A stretch of DNA of 52,355 bases, counting the filler, from Squatina squatina (taxonomy: Eukaryota): NCBI GenBank assembly GCA_031763465.1. It is 3 parts of 3 records of this genome, joined end to end, with 100 filler letters (N's around TTAATTAATTAA, not from the genome) between each part and the next. Parts side by side here need not be neighbours in the genome. Positions count along the whole stretch, not along the records: positions 30,684 to 52,355 come from JARFOE010000194.1; 2 more parts are not named here. One strand, given 5' to 3'. Positions 35,421 to 48,330 of the stretch are shown piece by piece. The notes beneath the pieces were generated by a model. The model did no database searches. It was given only the letters and a program-made list of their open reading frames with translations, and was not told the DNA's origin. How positions within the stretch are numbered: position 1 is the stretch's first letter; every line of letters begins with the position of its first letter. A program made the position numbers and the translations under genes.

Positions 35421-36729
35421 TGCTANNNNNNNNNNNNNNNNNNNNNNNNNNNNNNNNNNNNNNNNNNNNNNNNNNNNNNNNNNNNNNNNNNNNNNNNNNN
35501 NNNNNNNNNNNNNNNNNNNNNNNNNGAATTATTTGCATTACCATTATCTGCAGGATTTTTTGCATGAGTCGAGAGACTGATAGACTCTGCTGTAGGGAGC
35601 AGTATATTGATCAGCTGTTCATGTGAGTGGAAGTGCGATTTTTATACAGCTGTTTTGTTTTCAACCTTTTGTAAGCTCAAAAATAACAAGCAAAGGAAAA
35701 AATAGTAAAGGACCCTTGTATACAAAGCTCCCCTGCTCCTTTCAGCAAAGGATCGGTGGGCTTTAGTTGCCAGTCCAAGTGTTTGTTTTATTCTTTCTCC
35801 CCAGCAAACTTGCCCAGCTGCTGTCATTGTCTTCAGTCCCTTTTAAGCATGGTTCTTGTTCCATACTGTCTCTCTTTAAATGTTTTGTCATTTGAGAATA
35901 ACTCAATAAAATATTTGAAAAGAAATGGAATGTTCCAACTAAGGTCATCTGCTGCTTATTCATTTCCACTGCAATCTCGATTATCCAACAATTTCTATTA
36001 TCCTCCAGCAAGTTGGCTCAACCTTCTGCATTATCATGGATCATTGAAGTTCCTCTTCGACTGGATGTGTGCCATCCATTGTGCACACTTGTCAGACCCA
36101 GACTAGCCTGCTGCAATATTCTGGAGGGTGTTGAGAAATAAATGGCATTTCCTAATGGTATTGAGAAGACTGAGTTTAGGTTAATGAAATCACATTTTGT
36201 GGAAGAAAACAGCAGTTACTGGTGGTGTATCCTTTTATTCCAAAATGCTCTGTGTGATTGATTGAAGAGCCTTTGTACGAGTCAGAACAGGTTTCACTAT
36301 CAACTGCTAATGGACATTGTGGATCAGTAGTCTTTAGTGAATAACATTAACTGGTAATAGAACAGAAACTATTGCCTGCTGATCTCACAAAGACATGAAA
36401 TTAGAAGGTAAGTAACAGATGGCTTGCTGTAAAAAAAAGAGATACCAATTAAAGCTGGGAACACAAGGAAGAAGTAATTTGGGAAAGATTTTTAGAATGC
36501 ATCAAAGACTGCTTACTGGAGCTGTCTGTTTTTAATCCAACAAAGAAAAAAGCCTTGCTTGTTTTAATTCTGGGGACAGAAGTCAGGTAAGTCACTGATG
36601 TGCAAGTAGGAGAACAACTCGAAAANNNNNNNNNNNNNNNNNNNNNNNNNNNNNNNNNNNNNNNNNNNNNNNNNNNNNNNNNNNNNNNNNNNNNNNNNNN
36701 NNNNNNNNNNNNNNNNNNNNNNNNNACAG

Positions 36730-36990
36730 AGCCCTTGACAACCTCAGATTGTCCCTAAGCACTTTATAGAAGATGAAGTAATTACTGTTGTAAAATTGGA
36801 ACCACGGCAGCCAATTTACACATAGCAAGATCCCACAAAGAGCAGTGAGATATATGACAGGATAATTTTTTTTATGTTGTTGGTTGAGGGATAAACATTG
36901 GCCATGGCAGTGGGAGGGACTCCCTTGATCTTTTACGTCTGCTTGAGAGAGCAGACAGGACCTTAATTTAGCGTCTCATCCAAAAGACTG
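36730..36990 (-). mobile_element. Deu-domain SINE (SacSINE1/AmnSINE1-like)
   Basis: GGCAGCCAATTT.CAC.AGCAAGATCCCACAAA, TGTTGGTTGAGGGATAAACATTGGCC, GATCTTTTACGTC and TTTAGCGTCTCATCCAAAAGAC match the reverse-strand Deu domain as I recall it. Confidence 0.8.
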
Positions 36991-39036
36991 TAATAATTTT
37001 CCACTGCTTCCAGGTTTTCCACCCCCTCTTTTGAATTTTACGAATTAGTTCGGGAAGCTTGAATCCCTCTTTCTGAATTCCAGCCTGTGTGGAGAAACCC
37101 GTCCATATAACTGACTGAGGAAACTCTTTTTACTCTTTGTTGAGATTCACGACTGATATATTCCTTCTATTCAGTAAGTAACTAAGTGATGGCAAATTTA
37201 TAAGAACATTTAAAAATTCTATAAAGAATGTTTGTAAATGCAGTCTATACAATTGACACTTGATTTGCAATCACTACAGATGAATAATTATTCAGCGCTC
37301 AGTCAATCATGGTGACGTCATGCATGCACATTTGCAGATCAGTGGGTCAATATTCAAATTATAGTGCTTTGTGCTATTATGGACTGTGATCAAAAAAAAG
37401 TACCATTTTTGTTCTGGAACACATTTCATGTTGCATTTGTGTTTATGTTAGTAAGCGGCTACAACAAGCATTTGTAAAAGAGTTTACAGTAAATATAATG
37501 GTACTTGAATGCAGCATCTTGCAGTCCCTCAGTTTAGACAACTTGCCAGGAAAAGAAGACGCAGCAGACAGAGATTATTACAATCTACCGAGTTGGTTTT
37601 CATAACTTTTGCTGAGGGAATAAATTGGCCATTCAAATTTGCAATGGTAGATGACTCTTCAGAGTATAATTCAAAAAATAATCCATTTGGTGAGGTCCTC
37701 GGCCAGGGGCTGAGCATTTTACTAATTCTTACAACATTATCTTCAAAGCTCATCAACTCATACCATCCCAAGTAAGCAGTAATTCCATATGATGAGCTCA
37801 ACTAAATACATTGATTAGTAGAATGTAGATGAAGTATTTATGAAGATGCAATACTTCGGCTGTGAAGAGGATGAAGGAGTTTAAAGCCCTGATTGCATTA
37901 TCCACGAGTGGGAATGCTCCACCCACCAGCAGTTGTTCTCGGAACAGCTGCTTTTTTAATTACTCTTTGATGTGCAATTAAATTTCTAATTCCTTCCAGT
38001 CACGGTCAGAGTTGATGGATCAATTGATGGATATGAATGGCATTAAACTTGCATCTGGATTAGGTCTATTCTTTCCTGGCAGTTTTGATTTAGTTTATAA
38101 AGGAGTATACCTAATTCAGCCTGACATCAGAATCAGGTTCTATGACCTCACTTAATTTTGTTCCTTGACTGCAAGAATTCACTGAGACACAATGTTGATG
38201 TTTGGTTTTTCATGGGAGACTTAAATTATAACCTTGGTCCCCTTGTATCTGATTTCTGCAGTGTTGTTTGAAACTGTTATAAGTAGTTGAAATCACACAA
38301 GCTGCAGTTGAGAACACTTGTTTAGACAGAGTTTATATCTAAAATGCCTTGAGGTCACAGAAAAACAATTTAAATTGTTTTTCATATTAATAAAAAAAAA
38401 CGATTCTGCCAAACCAATAATTTAGGAAGTTGATTTGGTTTCAATTCGCTACTAGTTTACAGATTGTCCTCGGTGTGACTTTATGGCCAATGCACAGTGT
38501 ATTATAATTCTAAAATTTAAGACCAGCACAGTTGACTAAAGAGGTATACAAAGATGGGAGTGCCATTTCACCCTCCCTATCCAGGAGGTAAGCAGATAAA
38601 ATCCACCAGGTGATTGTCCCGTGCGGATTCCACCCTGGCACTGCCTCACTGGGAGCTAAACTGCCCACCCAAAACTAACGAGGTCCTTTAAACATGCAGA
38701 TTTGGATCTGATGATGTCATCAGGCCCCCACTGTAATTTTAACTCTGGCCTGAGTGGGGAAGTCCCTGCAGTTTTCCTGTCAGATGTAGGTTTGTCAGAA
38801 GAGAATGGAAGCAGAAGAGTCTATTAAAAGTAAGTTNNNNNNNNNNNNNNNNNNNNNNNNNNNNNNNNNNNNNNNNNNNNNNNNNNNNNNNNNNNNNNNN
38901 NNNNNNNNNNNNNNNNNNNNNNNNNNNNNNNNNNNNGTCCTGATTGACAGGTGACTGCAGGTTTTCTCACACCTGCCAGTCCTCAGTGGTGAAGTTATGT
39001 TTCTCAGTTGCTTTCATTTTGTGGTCACTGGTATGC

Positions 39037-39076
39037 CCCAGAAAACTCCATTTTGTCCCAGAAAACTCCATTTTGT
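39037..39076. repeat. Perfect 20-bp tandem duplication
   Basis: CCCAGAAAACTCCATTTTGT occurs twice in tandem. Confidence 0.95.
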
Positions 39077-42000
39077 ATACAATTCTACACTGTCCAATGT
39101 TGGACTGCTTTATTGCTCTATTTTGGAGGGCAGTACACGGAATGTCCAAATAATAATCCTGTACTCAGTGGGTTAATGAATAACAACAAATTATTTCCTT
39201 GCTGAAGGGTCCTCAGCTGGTGCATTGGTTTGGATGATTCACAGCTTGCCTGGGAAGGCAGTTAACCTGCAGTCTATTTTGCAGCTAGGAATAGGCTTCG
39301 GGTCACTGAGCAAGGGGTTTTGATGTCGCGCTTGGGAACTCTCTTTGTTGGCCTGCAGACAAGGGCAGACTGTCATTGGCTCGTTTCTGACCAGTGGATT
39401 GATGACTTTGGGTCCTCGGTGCAAAGAGAGTGATGGGATTGGTCAGTGCAAAGAATAATGGGCACAGACCTTTAATGGGCTGCTATCCTCTCTGATGTTG
39501 TCTGTTCTTCTAGTGAAAGAGAATGCATTTAGTTGATTAATGGAGCTAATATGAATAAATAATTTTTAAAAAGTCATATATATTCAAGATAAATCACAAA
39601 TTACAATAAAAATCATTGTGAAATGGACCTGGGAGCCACGAAGGCAGCATCTGTTCATTATGCATACATGTTGTTTCCATTGATTTGATTAATGTTATTA
39701 ATGCTATTCATATATAATTGTATCATCATTTATAAACTCTACTGAGAATAATCTCATTTTATTTGTTCTGTGTTTGAGGACTGGCCTGCTTGTGTTGATG
39801 AGGCCTAGCTTTTGAGCGCTACATTTTAAATGCATCGTTCTTAATTGGGAAGCTGTTTTATTTCAAGTATTTTGAAATGCACTAAGCAGCTTTTTTTTTA
39901 AAGAATATCCATATTTATAAATGCAATTTCTTGATAGTATGCCGACAGCATATTGAAAGTATGTTTTGCAGTGCATTAGAAACACATTTTAACATAGAGT
40001 GTGCATCATTGTTCCTGAATAGTAATGATATGTTTTCAATATGTTGTACACTATATCTCAAGACATCCACATGATGAATCTATTCTGAATTACAATTGCA
40101 ATAGTGCAAATAATATATTTACAGCTTGTCTGCTATACTAATGCCGATAGCCACACAGTTTATGCAGGATCTTGCCCCAAGAGTGATCGATCACCAAGTT
40201 GATTATCTTCTCATTCATTGTTCTATTTTTGCCAACTCCAGAGGTCCGACTCTTGCTAACAGCTTACATTTTGACAGCTTATCTCTGAGGGTTCAGATTG
40301 TTAACAATGATGTGGTTCATGCTCATTTGATGCAGGTATTGAAACAAGCACTCACTACTACCCCAAATAGGAGCCACAGTTCTTTCAATTTTCTTGTTAT
40401 ATTTGTACTTTGTTTTTCTCTCCCATCTTTTTCTCTATTCTATCCTTCTCTNNNNNNNNNNNNNNNNNNNNNNNNNNNNNNNNNNNNNNNNNNNNNNNNN
40501 NNNNNNNNNNNNNNNNNNNNNNNNNNNNNNNNNNNNNNNNNNNNNNNNNNNTCTTTCAGTTGGCAGATTGAAGCTTGTAATATACCCTTGTTTATGGGCA
40601 TCACATCTGTCAGATTGATCAGGCGTTAATCCAGGATGTACTTCAATTGAGATACTGAGCAGTATTTTCCTGTATCTGGTGTCTGCGCTTGATGCTACCA
40701 CTAAGAGTTTTGCAATCCTTTGCCTGGAATTGGAGGCAAAAATAACAGTGCCTCAGACCCATGATTCATCCCCTTCCCTTGATTACAGGGCTTGAGGAAG
40801 GCAGTGGATTGGTGATGTCTGACTGCTTCCCTGTATAGCATTTTACTCATATTTCAATGGTTTTTTGCACAGTAAGATGTAAGTAGTGCCCAATCTTAAG
40901 AAAAAAATGTATAAAAAATCAAAAATATACAATTAACTGGGTAAATATTGGCATACTGGGTACTTGTAGGAGGGAAAACTTAAGCAGTCGTGGGACTGTG
41001 GACAGAAAATCCGCTACCATTCGTCAAATATAAAATCCACCCATTTTAGCTTGCAGTTCAGTTTTGGTTTGCTGCCTTGTGTACATGGTCCTTGGCTGGC
41101 ACCACACAGGTCCTTCAGTACATTGGCAGATATAAGTGCCAGGCCAAAAGCTTTAGCCTAAATTTAATTTGGCCAAATGCTGTGACTCTAAATGAGAAAT
41201 ATCCAGAATTGAACAATGTTACCAGACTCATTTATTTTGAAGCGCAGCTGAAGCATTTTAAGCTGATAAAGAAATGTTTGGAGGAATATTTGGTTGTTGG
41301 CAAGTATGTATAAATGTTTTATGTTGTACCTATTACAGTGGAAAGTCTGGACAAAATGTTGTTCGAGATAAATACAAAGATAGTTTCTGGTGATTGGCAA
41401 ATTGAAGCACAGGCACTGTCAAGAATATTTGGTTTGCAAGCCAGAATGTCTCCATTCACAGCAGCATGATGGTAAAATATTGGTTGAAGGCATCTGCCCA
41501 AGCCATAACTTTTAGCAACAGTTTGTTTTTCAATGTTTTCAAAGGTTTTTGTTTAATGCCTTTTGGAGCCTTCCAAAAATGTTAAGAGCAGACTTACTCT
41601 TCATTCTGCATCTTCCACACCATAGGAGTATAGCTTGGCTCAATCAGTCCTGGGGAAAGCATGTACTGAGTACATGAAAATTACAGATATATGGTGCTCG
41701 TCATGTTCTCTGACTCTAGTGTCATATAGAGCCCCAGATCCTGCAATAGTTCATTTTACCCAGTTAAACAAATGTTGCTGCTTGCATTGGACTTCTTGCC
41801 ACCAAAGTTTCCAGCCTCGCTACAAGTTAGATCAGATTAAAAACTGGAATATTGAATATTCTGTTCTCTGCCTGTTTTGATTTTAGGTTTTTTTTGAGAT
41901 TTCCCAGGAGCTTTAAGGTGTCAACACCAATCAACGCCAGATGAATCTTCAAAAACTATCTCACTAAACTGTCCTTTTCAGGAGAAGCATAGAAAGAAAG

Positions 42001-42184
42001 AAAAGCTGAGCTGCCGGGGTTCATTTCCACTCCATTTGTCAAAATGCAATCTGACAATTCAACCAGTGTGTTGCCCCGGGTGATGGAATTACTCGGCTGG
42101 CGTAGACGACATCATTGGCATAGACTCTCAGTTGTCTCATCGTTTACCCACCTGGAGGTAGTTCCAGATGCCTGTCGTGCCAAG

Positions 42185-42500
42185 TAGGGCTGAATGTGGT
42201 TAGAGCTAGAGAGGATCGAGACTATGAACAGATTTAAACATGAAAATGCTAAACTTGTGATGGGGACCGGGAGCCAGTGTAGGCAAGAAAGCGCAAGGAT
42301 GATGGATGTGCAGGACGTGGCATGGGATAGGATACGAGCAGCAGAGTTTTGGATGAGCTGAAGTTTACAGAGTGGGGGCTGGGAAGCCAGCCAGGAGAGT
42401 ACTAGAATAGTCAAGTCTGGAGGTGACAAAGACAGCGCTGAGGGTTTTAGCAGCAGGTGAGCTGAGGCAGGGGCAGAGGTGCACGATATTACGGAGGTGG
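42185..42500 (-). mobile_element. L2 LINE ORF2 C-terminal fragment
   Basis: Translates to KLQLIQNSAARIL...ILALSCLHWLPV, a typical L2 motif. Confidence 0.88.
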
Positions 42501-44710
42501 AGGTGGAAGTGGAAGTGGATTGGCCTTGTGATGGAGAGGACAACTGTCGATATTCCCCATGCTAGGTGATAGTACTCTGCCTGTGCCTTTCAACACCCCT
42601 CCTCTGCAGTGGAAGAGAGCTGAGAAGGCATGGAGAGTTGACANNNNNNNNNNNNNNNNNNNNNNNNNNNNNNNNNNNNNNNNNNNNNNNNNNNNNNNNN
42701 NNNNNNNNNNNNNNNNNNNNNNNNNNNNNNNNNNNNNNNNNNNTAAAAAATCATTCAAAACCTACCTCTTGGTGTCCACCCAAAAGATCCAGCATAATTT
42801 TTGGAGTCTACTCGAAGGCCTGCCAAAAGCGCAATTTTCAGAAACTCCCAATGGTGGTGAATTCACCCGAGGGGTGTGGCTAGTTTTGTGGACAGGACCG
42901 GCCTCTGGTGCAATGTTAGTTAAATTAGCACAAAAGATTGCACAAACTAGAGTTGGACTTAAAATTGTGTGATTGTTTATGCTGATATTGGTGGGGAGGG
43001 GTGATACGGCACTGAAAAAAAACAAAGCAATCGCGCGGAAACTCCAGGCCATGGTGTTTAATAAGAAAATCCGGGTGCATATCTTAAGTGACTTACGTTT
43101 GCAATATCTTTGGAATGAAATACGCCTATCTGTTTTGAGTTTTTATACTTAGTTGTTCTTGTCTGTTTTCGAGGGTTGCTGGAAAAAAACTTCTGCTTTC
43201 TGTCACCCCAGTGTAGAGAAAAACAAAACAAAAGCTGGAACTTTGCTGTGAGGATTTTTGCAAGTGCCATCCTGCATCCTCCCATTTGCTGGTACTGCAC
43301 GTTGTAGCACCATGTTGGATTTTTATGGAATTTAAAGAGGGAAGTGAAAAGCATGGGGATTTTTTTTTTTGCTTGTTGGTTTACTTAAGGCGCTGTGCTA
43401 CCAAGTTCCTTTTTGGGATAAAGGTACTCTCCAGCTAGCAGTCCTAATAGCAGACAAATTTATTGTAAAAGAACAAACAATCGCTGACCATACCTGTGCC
43501 CACTTACTGCCACCATGTGTGACAGTTCCACTCTGAAGTCCTGCTGAAAATCTCCTCTATGCTACTACACTACAGTTACTCAAACTATATTACTTAAAGG
43601 CAGTGTCTGCATTATTATAAAGCAAGAATTAGCACCAGAGTTGATAGGTACAAAATCTATTCATTGCAAATATGAATCAACACCATTTTTTAAGACACAT
43701 TGCAAGTAGTAATGTTTTTAAACACCTTAAAATTCATGAGCGTACTCCGTTTTGGCCAGATACTGGTTGTTTTCATGACACAAATACTCTGCAAGTTTGC
43801 CAACATAAACTGTTTTGTATGCAATGCATTTTCACAACAGACTGTTAAGCAGTAACTGTGTATAAGGAATTATTTGTTTAATTGACTGACTGGGCTGTAT
43901 TTCAAAGGGCACACAAAAACACTTAAAAAGAAGCGAATCTTGGCAGGATCACAATAACAGTCAGGAATTGAAACACGGAAATGCTTTAATAGAATGGTGC
44001 CTCTCCAACTACATTAAACATTGTCCAACTGCTTCTCTGGCTAAGATCAACTAAAAGAACAACAATCAAAGCTGTGACATTATGGACTGTTTTGTTTAGT
44101 ACTTTTTTAATATTCTGAAATAGAATAACGACACTGCAGTCTCGATGGCAACTGTTGGTGTTCAATTTGTGCCACATCATTTAGTGGATTACCCTCCCAT
44201 TCTCGTTTATTGCATGTGTTGGTGGGCTACCAGGAACTGCCAGGCCTCATGTTATTATCATTATTGATAGGGCANNNNNNNNNNNNNNNNNNNNNNNNNN
44301 NNNNNNNNNNNNNNNNNNNNNNNNNNNNNNNNNNNNNNNNNNNNNNNNNNNNNNNNNNNNNNNNNNNNNNNNNNAGAATGGAATTGCACACGGTGCGTCG
44401 GTGAATATGGCCACACTCTCTCCTGTCGCCGATGTTTTTATTTTACTGAGTCTGTGTTTTTCCTCTTTTATTTCTGCCTCTCTTCCATTTCTTCATCTCT
44501 CGCTTGAACTCTTCTCTTTGCTTGTTTCTCTGTCCTTATCTGTCATATTTACTTCAATATATAACCCGTCAGGTAAACAACTTCAAACATATAAGCTAAT
44601 TTAAAAGCCTGGGAGAAATAGCCAGAGCTGATTGGTTGAATGGCGGGGAAAGCAGCCATCAACAGCTACAGTCAGCATTTGGGTTGGGAGTTGCAGGGAA
44701 AATGTATCTA

Positions 44711-44754
44711 TCATCTTCTCCCTTTTCATCCTCTCCCTTTTCATCCTCTCCCCC
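44711..44754. repeat. 15-bp minisatellite, about 3 copies
   Basis: TCATC(C/T)TCTCCCTTT is repeated in tandem. Confidence 0.85.
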
Positions 44755-47662
44755 AATTAATCTCAACACCCTCTCTGCTCCATTGTTACCCTTTCACCTA
44801 ACCACTACACATTCTCGTTCCTACCACCCTATCAGCCCAAACTAACCTTACCTTCTTGCCTTTGAACTACCTACTCAACCCCATATATCCTCACCTACCC
44901 CTTGCTCCACGGTCACCCTCAATCTCCCATTCACTCATTTTCCAATTGCTCCCATCCCTCGGTTATCCAACTGATGCTACAGTCATAACCAGAATTAAAA
45001 TTGTGATTTGCCATGTGTTATTTATGTCACTGTCTGCAGGATACAAACGATGGAGAGATTATCAAATGTCATTTCAGTATATGTGAAGACACCAACCAAA
45101 TCTTCCATGTNNNNNNNNNNNNNNNNNNNNNNNNNNNNNNNNNNNNNNNNNNNNNNNNNNNNNNNNNNNNNNNNNNNNNNNNNNNNNNNNNNNNNNNNNN
45201 NNNNNNNNNNTCTATGAACTGCAGCCCTGCAGTCCACGGTAAAAGAAACCAAGTGCCCTTGATGATTTTGTGAAGGATACATTTTGCACTGCTGAACAAG
45301 TAAACTGATTGAAAGTGAGGGATTTTTGGAAAGAAGATCGAGTAAAGCTGCTATTGTGTCAGCAGCTCAGTAGAAACATTCGTTCAAGGGATGTTAATAT
45401 TTCACAAATGGCCACAGAAGTATTGCTGCCTGTGCTTGTTCTAGGTCAGGAATAGAAGTAGCAGGCCAGAATATTAAACTTGTAGGTCAGATGAAGGGAA
45501 AGCAATTCTCTGCAGTTTTGGTGTTAGGCCACAGGGATCGAGCAGGCCTGAAGTTAGCAATGATGACCCCAACAGGAAGCATTATGTCCGGGGATATTTG
45601 AGCTGAATCAGGATGTCAGAGGGCGCTCAGAAGGGAAACCAGTACTACACCATTGAATCTTGACGATCTGAGGGCAAAGTGGACAAGATGAGATTTGTGG
45701 AGTATTTGCCCAGGAAGGAATAAATTTATGGATAAAGCTATCCATGCAAGGCAGGGAAAAAGGAAACAGGAAAATAGTAAGTCAAAAAGAAACCAATATA
45801 CTCAGAACAGCTACTTGCGGTCTGTTGTGGAGTTAATGTTACACGAGTGAAAAATTATCCCGATGTTTGGAATACAGTGGAAGGACTGATTTCACAGCAA
45901 GCTTTTGTTTGATTACTTGTGATAATTTAGGGTTTAAAACTGCATACTGTAGATGCTGGCAGGATAACTGCTGGAGTTGATGTATTTGTTGTGTACATTA
46001 AAATGAGAAACAGATGCTTATTGATTTTGGGTGTGTCGTTATGGACAAAACGCCACTGATCCAGTGTTATTGGTGATTATTCAGAGAGCAGCTGTTCCTG
46101 AATTTCAATGCCAAATATTCTGCAGTAAGTAATAATTAAAAAAGCATGGGGCATATTTTCCTCTGGGTCTTAATTTAAATGAAAAAATCACCAAGAGAAA
46201 ACAGGTGAACAAGACTGTAGAAAGCAGTAACAGATTTTTATGTATGTGATTACTGCTGTTCCGAGTCATGCTCACACCATAAAATGGGTATAAGCAAATT
46301 ACGGGAATAGCACATTGCTTGTTAAGGGCTTATTAAGCATTATGAAAGACCTATCCTGATCAAACCATACAGAATTGCTCAGGGGTAACTAGAAAAGAAG
46401 TACGAAAATTAATCAGAACAGGATTGAGTTGCATGATGGAAGGGCAACAAAATATTCCAAAAGAAAATTTTAACGGCATCTGTTGTAAAATGCCGCAGTG
46501 ATAGATTTTTTTTATTCGTGGTCATTATATAAGGCTATTAACACATCTTAAAAAAAGAATGTTCCCCTTTGTTCATGTANNNNNNNNNNNNNNNNNNNNN
46601 NNNNNNNNNNNNNNNNNNNNNNNNNNNNNNNNNNNNNNNNNNNNNNNNNNNNNNNNNNNNNNNNNNNNNNNNNNNNNNNCCTACAGTCCATCTGCCATCT
46701 CTGCTGGGGATGGCATGCAGCCCGCAAGAGAGGGAAAAAAGTTTAAAACTGATCAAAAAAAAAGTGAAGGCTGGTACTGGTAATAGTGCTGTAGAAACTA
46801 AGGGATTTTTTTTAACCTGCAGATTACAGGGAAATATGTTATATAATTCTGCAAGGATTGCTGCTGATCCTGATAGGAACTAATGACACTAAATCCATCA
46901 GAGCTAAACAAATGAACCTGATAGTATTGCTGCTAATTATGCATTAATATGCTGCTTGGCAATAAATCATTTTTTACAGCTCTGCAACTACAACATATCC
47001 TGTACAGACAAAAGCGACTCTCAGATAGTAATAAAAGTAAAATTGATTGAAATAAGGAATAACGCATGCCAGTGCCCCATTTTGTGGTGTGATGCAACAT
47101 CAAATATTAGTGCGTGAAACTGCNNNNNNNNNNTGCCAGGTTTGGTGGTTCATCTCAGGTTGATGAAAACTGGTTCCAGTCACTAAAACCATCTCCTGCT
47201 GCCGCAGAACACCTCTGCCATCTGTCTGCTGCTTGTGTCAGGTTTTGAGTCCCATCTGCGGTCTTGCTGTCCCACTCTCATCACAGCCATCTGCAGCCAG
47301 CGTTAGTCCCCCGTGTATTGTTGACAGCTTGTCTCCAAAGTCAAATCAATGGATTGTCCCCTAGGAATGAGTGTTGATTCAGATTGTTCATGTTTTAATA
47401 TTGGGCCAATTCAGATGATTTGGTTCCAGGTCCTTTGGAATAATTATGTATGCCATGCTTGTGCACCATGAGCAGAAAAATGTCCTTGTGGGGAAAAATT
47501 CATTGGCAGTAATACAGCAAACGTTTCTGTGCCTCAGTATTTTAACATGTAGCTCCTGATGTTTGAAAAAGAAGGGCTGACAATATGACCAGTAGATCTT
47601 ACAAAAATATTTTGTGGTGTGCCCATCCAATCAGTCTGATTTCCATGGTGGTTGGAAATTAC

Positions 47663-48330
47663 AGGGCCAATTTTAACCCGCCCCCCCTGTCTGACAAGTA
47701 CGTGTAGGGAGGGGTTAAAATAAAGGCAGCATCTTTTCCTCTAGGTTTGTGCTGCGCTAACACCAACTCCCAATTTAACAGCCATGTTTTGGGCACCACA
47801 GACAGGCGAGCGCTTCTTAAATATGCAAAAGGAGTCCAATGACAAAAATAAAATTCCAACATGAATTTAACGCACAGTTACTCCCAGTACGGGAGCCCCC
47901 AGAAAAACCTGATGGCAAGCTGGAGTAGGCCCTGAAGAGGGCAGGGAAGGTAAGTTTTTTAAAAAGTGGGTCTTTTGGGTTTCTTTGTGGACTAGGAGGA
48001 ACAGGAGCTCTCCTCTGAGCCCGACAAGGAAACCTTGGGCTTCCCCAGCTCCAGGCTCTCCCTTAATCCCCCTCCTCTGTCCCAATTGCACCAGGATTCC
48101 CCTGGCACACTTACCTTAGAGCCGGCAACTGTTCCTGTGGGTCCTTAGGCACCCGAAACCCCACTTTTGTCCTCGAGTCAGATAGTGATTCCTGATGAGA
48201 TTGAGCAGGAGATGGTAACGAGACCCGGTAGTTAAATTGGCTGAGACCTAACTCTAGCGCGGCCGCGCGAGCTTGACACACGTCCTACCATCCCCCACCC
48301 CAGCGCTGAACTCGCACTTCAAGTTCAAAT
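47663..48330. mobile_element. GC-rich non-autonomous DNA-transposon-like repeat
   Basis: Starts GGGCCAATTTTAACCCGCC with a nearby inverted GGGGTTAAAAT. Internal ATATGCAAA and GGTAAGTTTTTT blocks also occur in the similar repeats at about 38690-38836 and 17530. The right end is uncertain. Confidence 0.45.

Noticed and set aside
40126-40360. Possible exon on + or MULE transposase C-terminus on -
   Set aside because: The resemblance is weak, the minus frame is interrupted by stops, and I cannot support either reading by eye.
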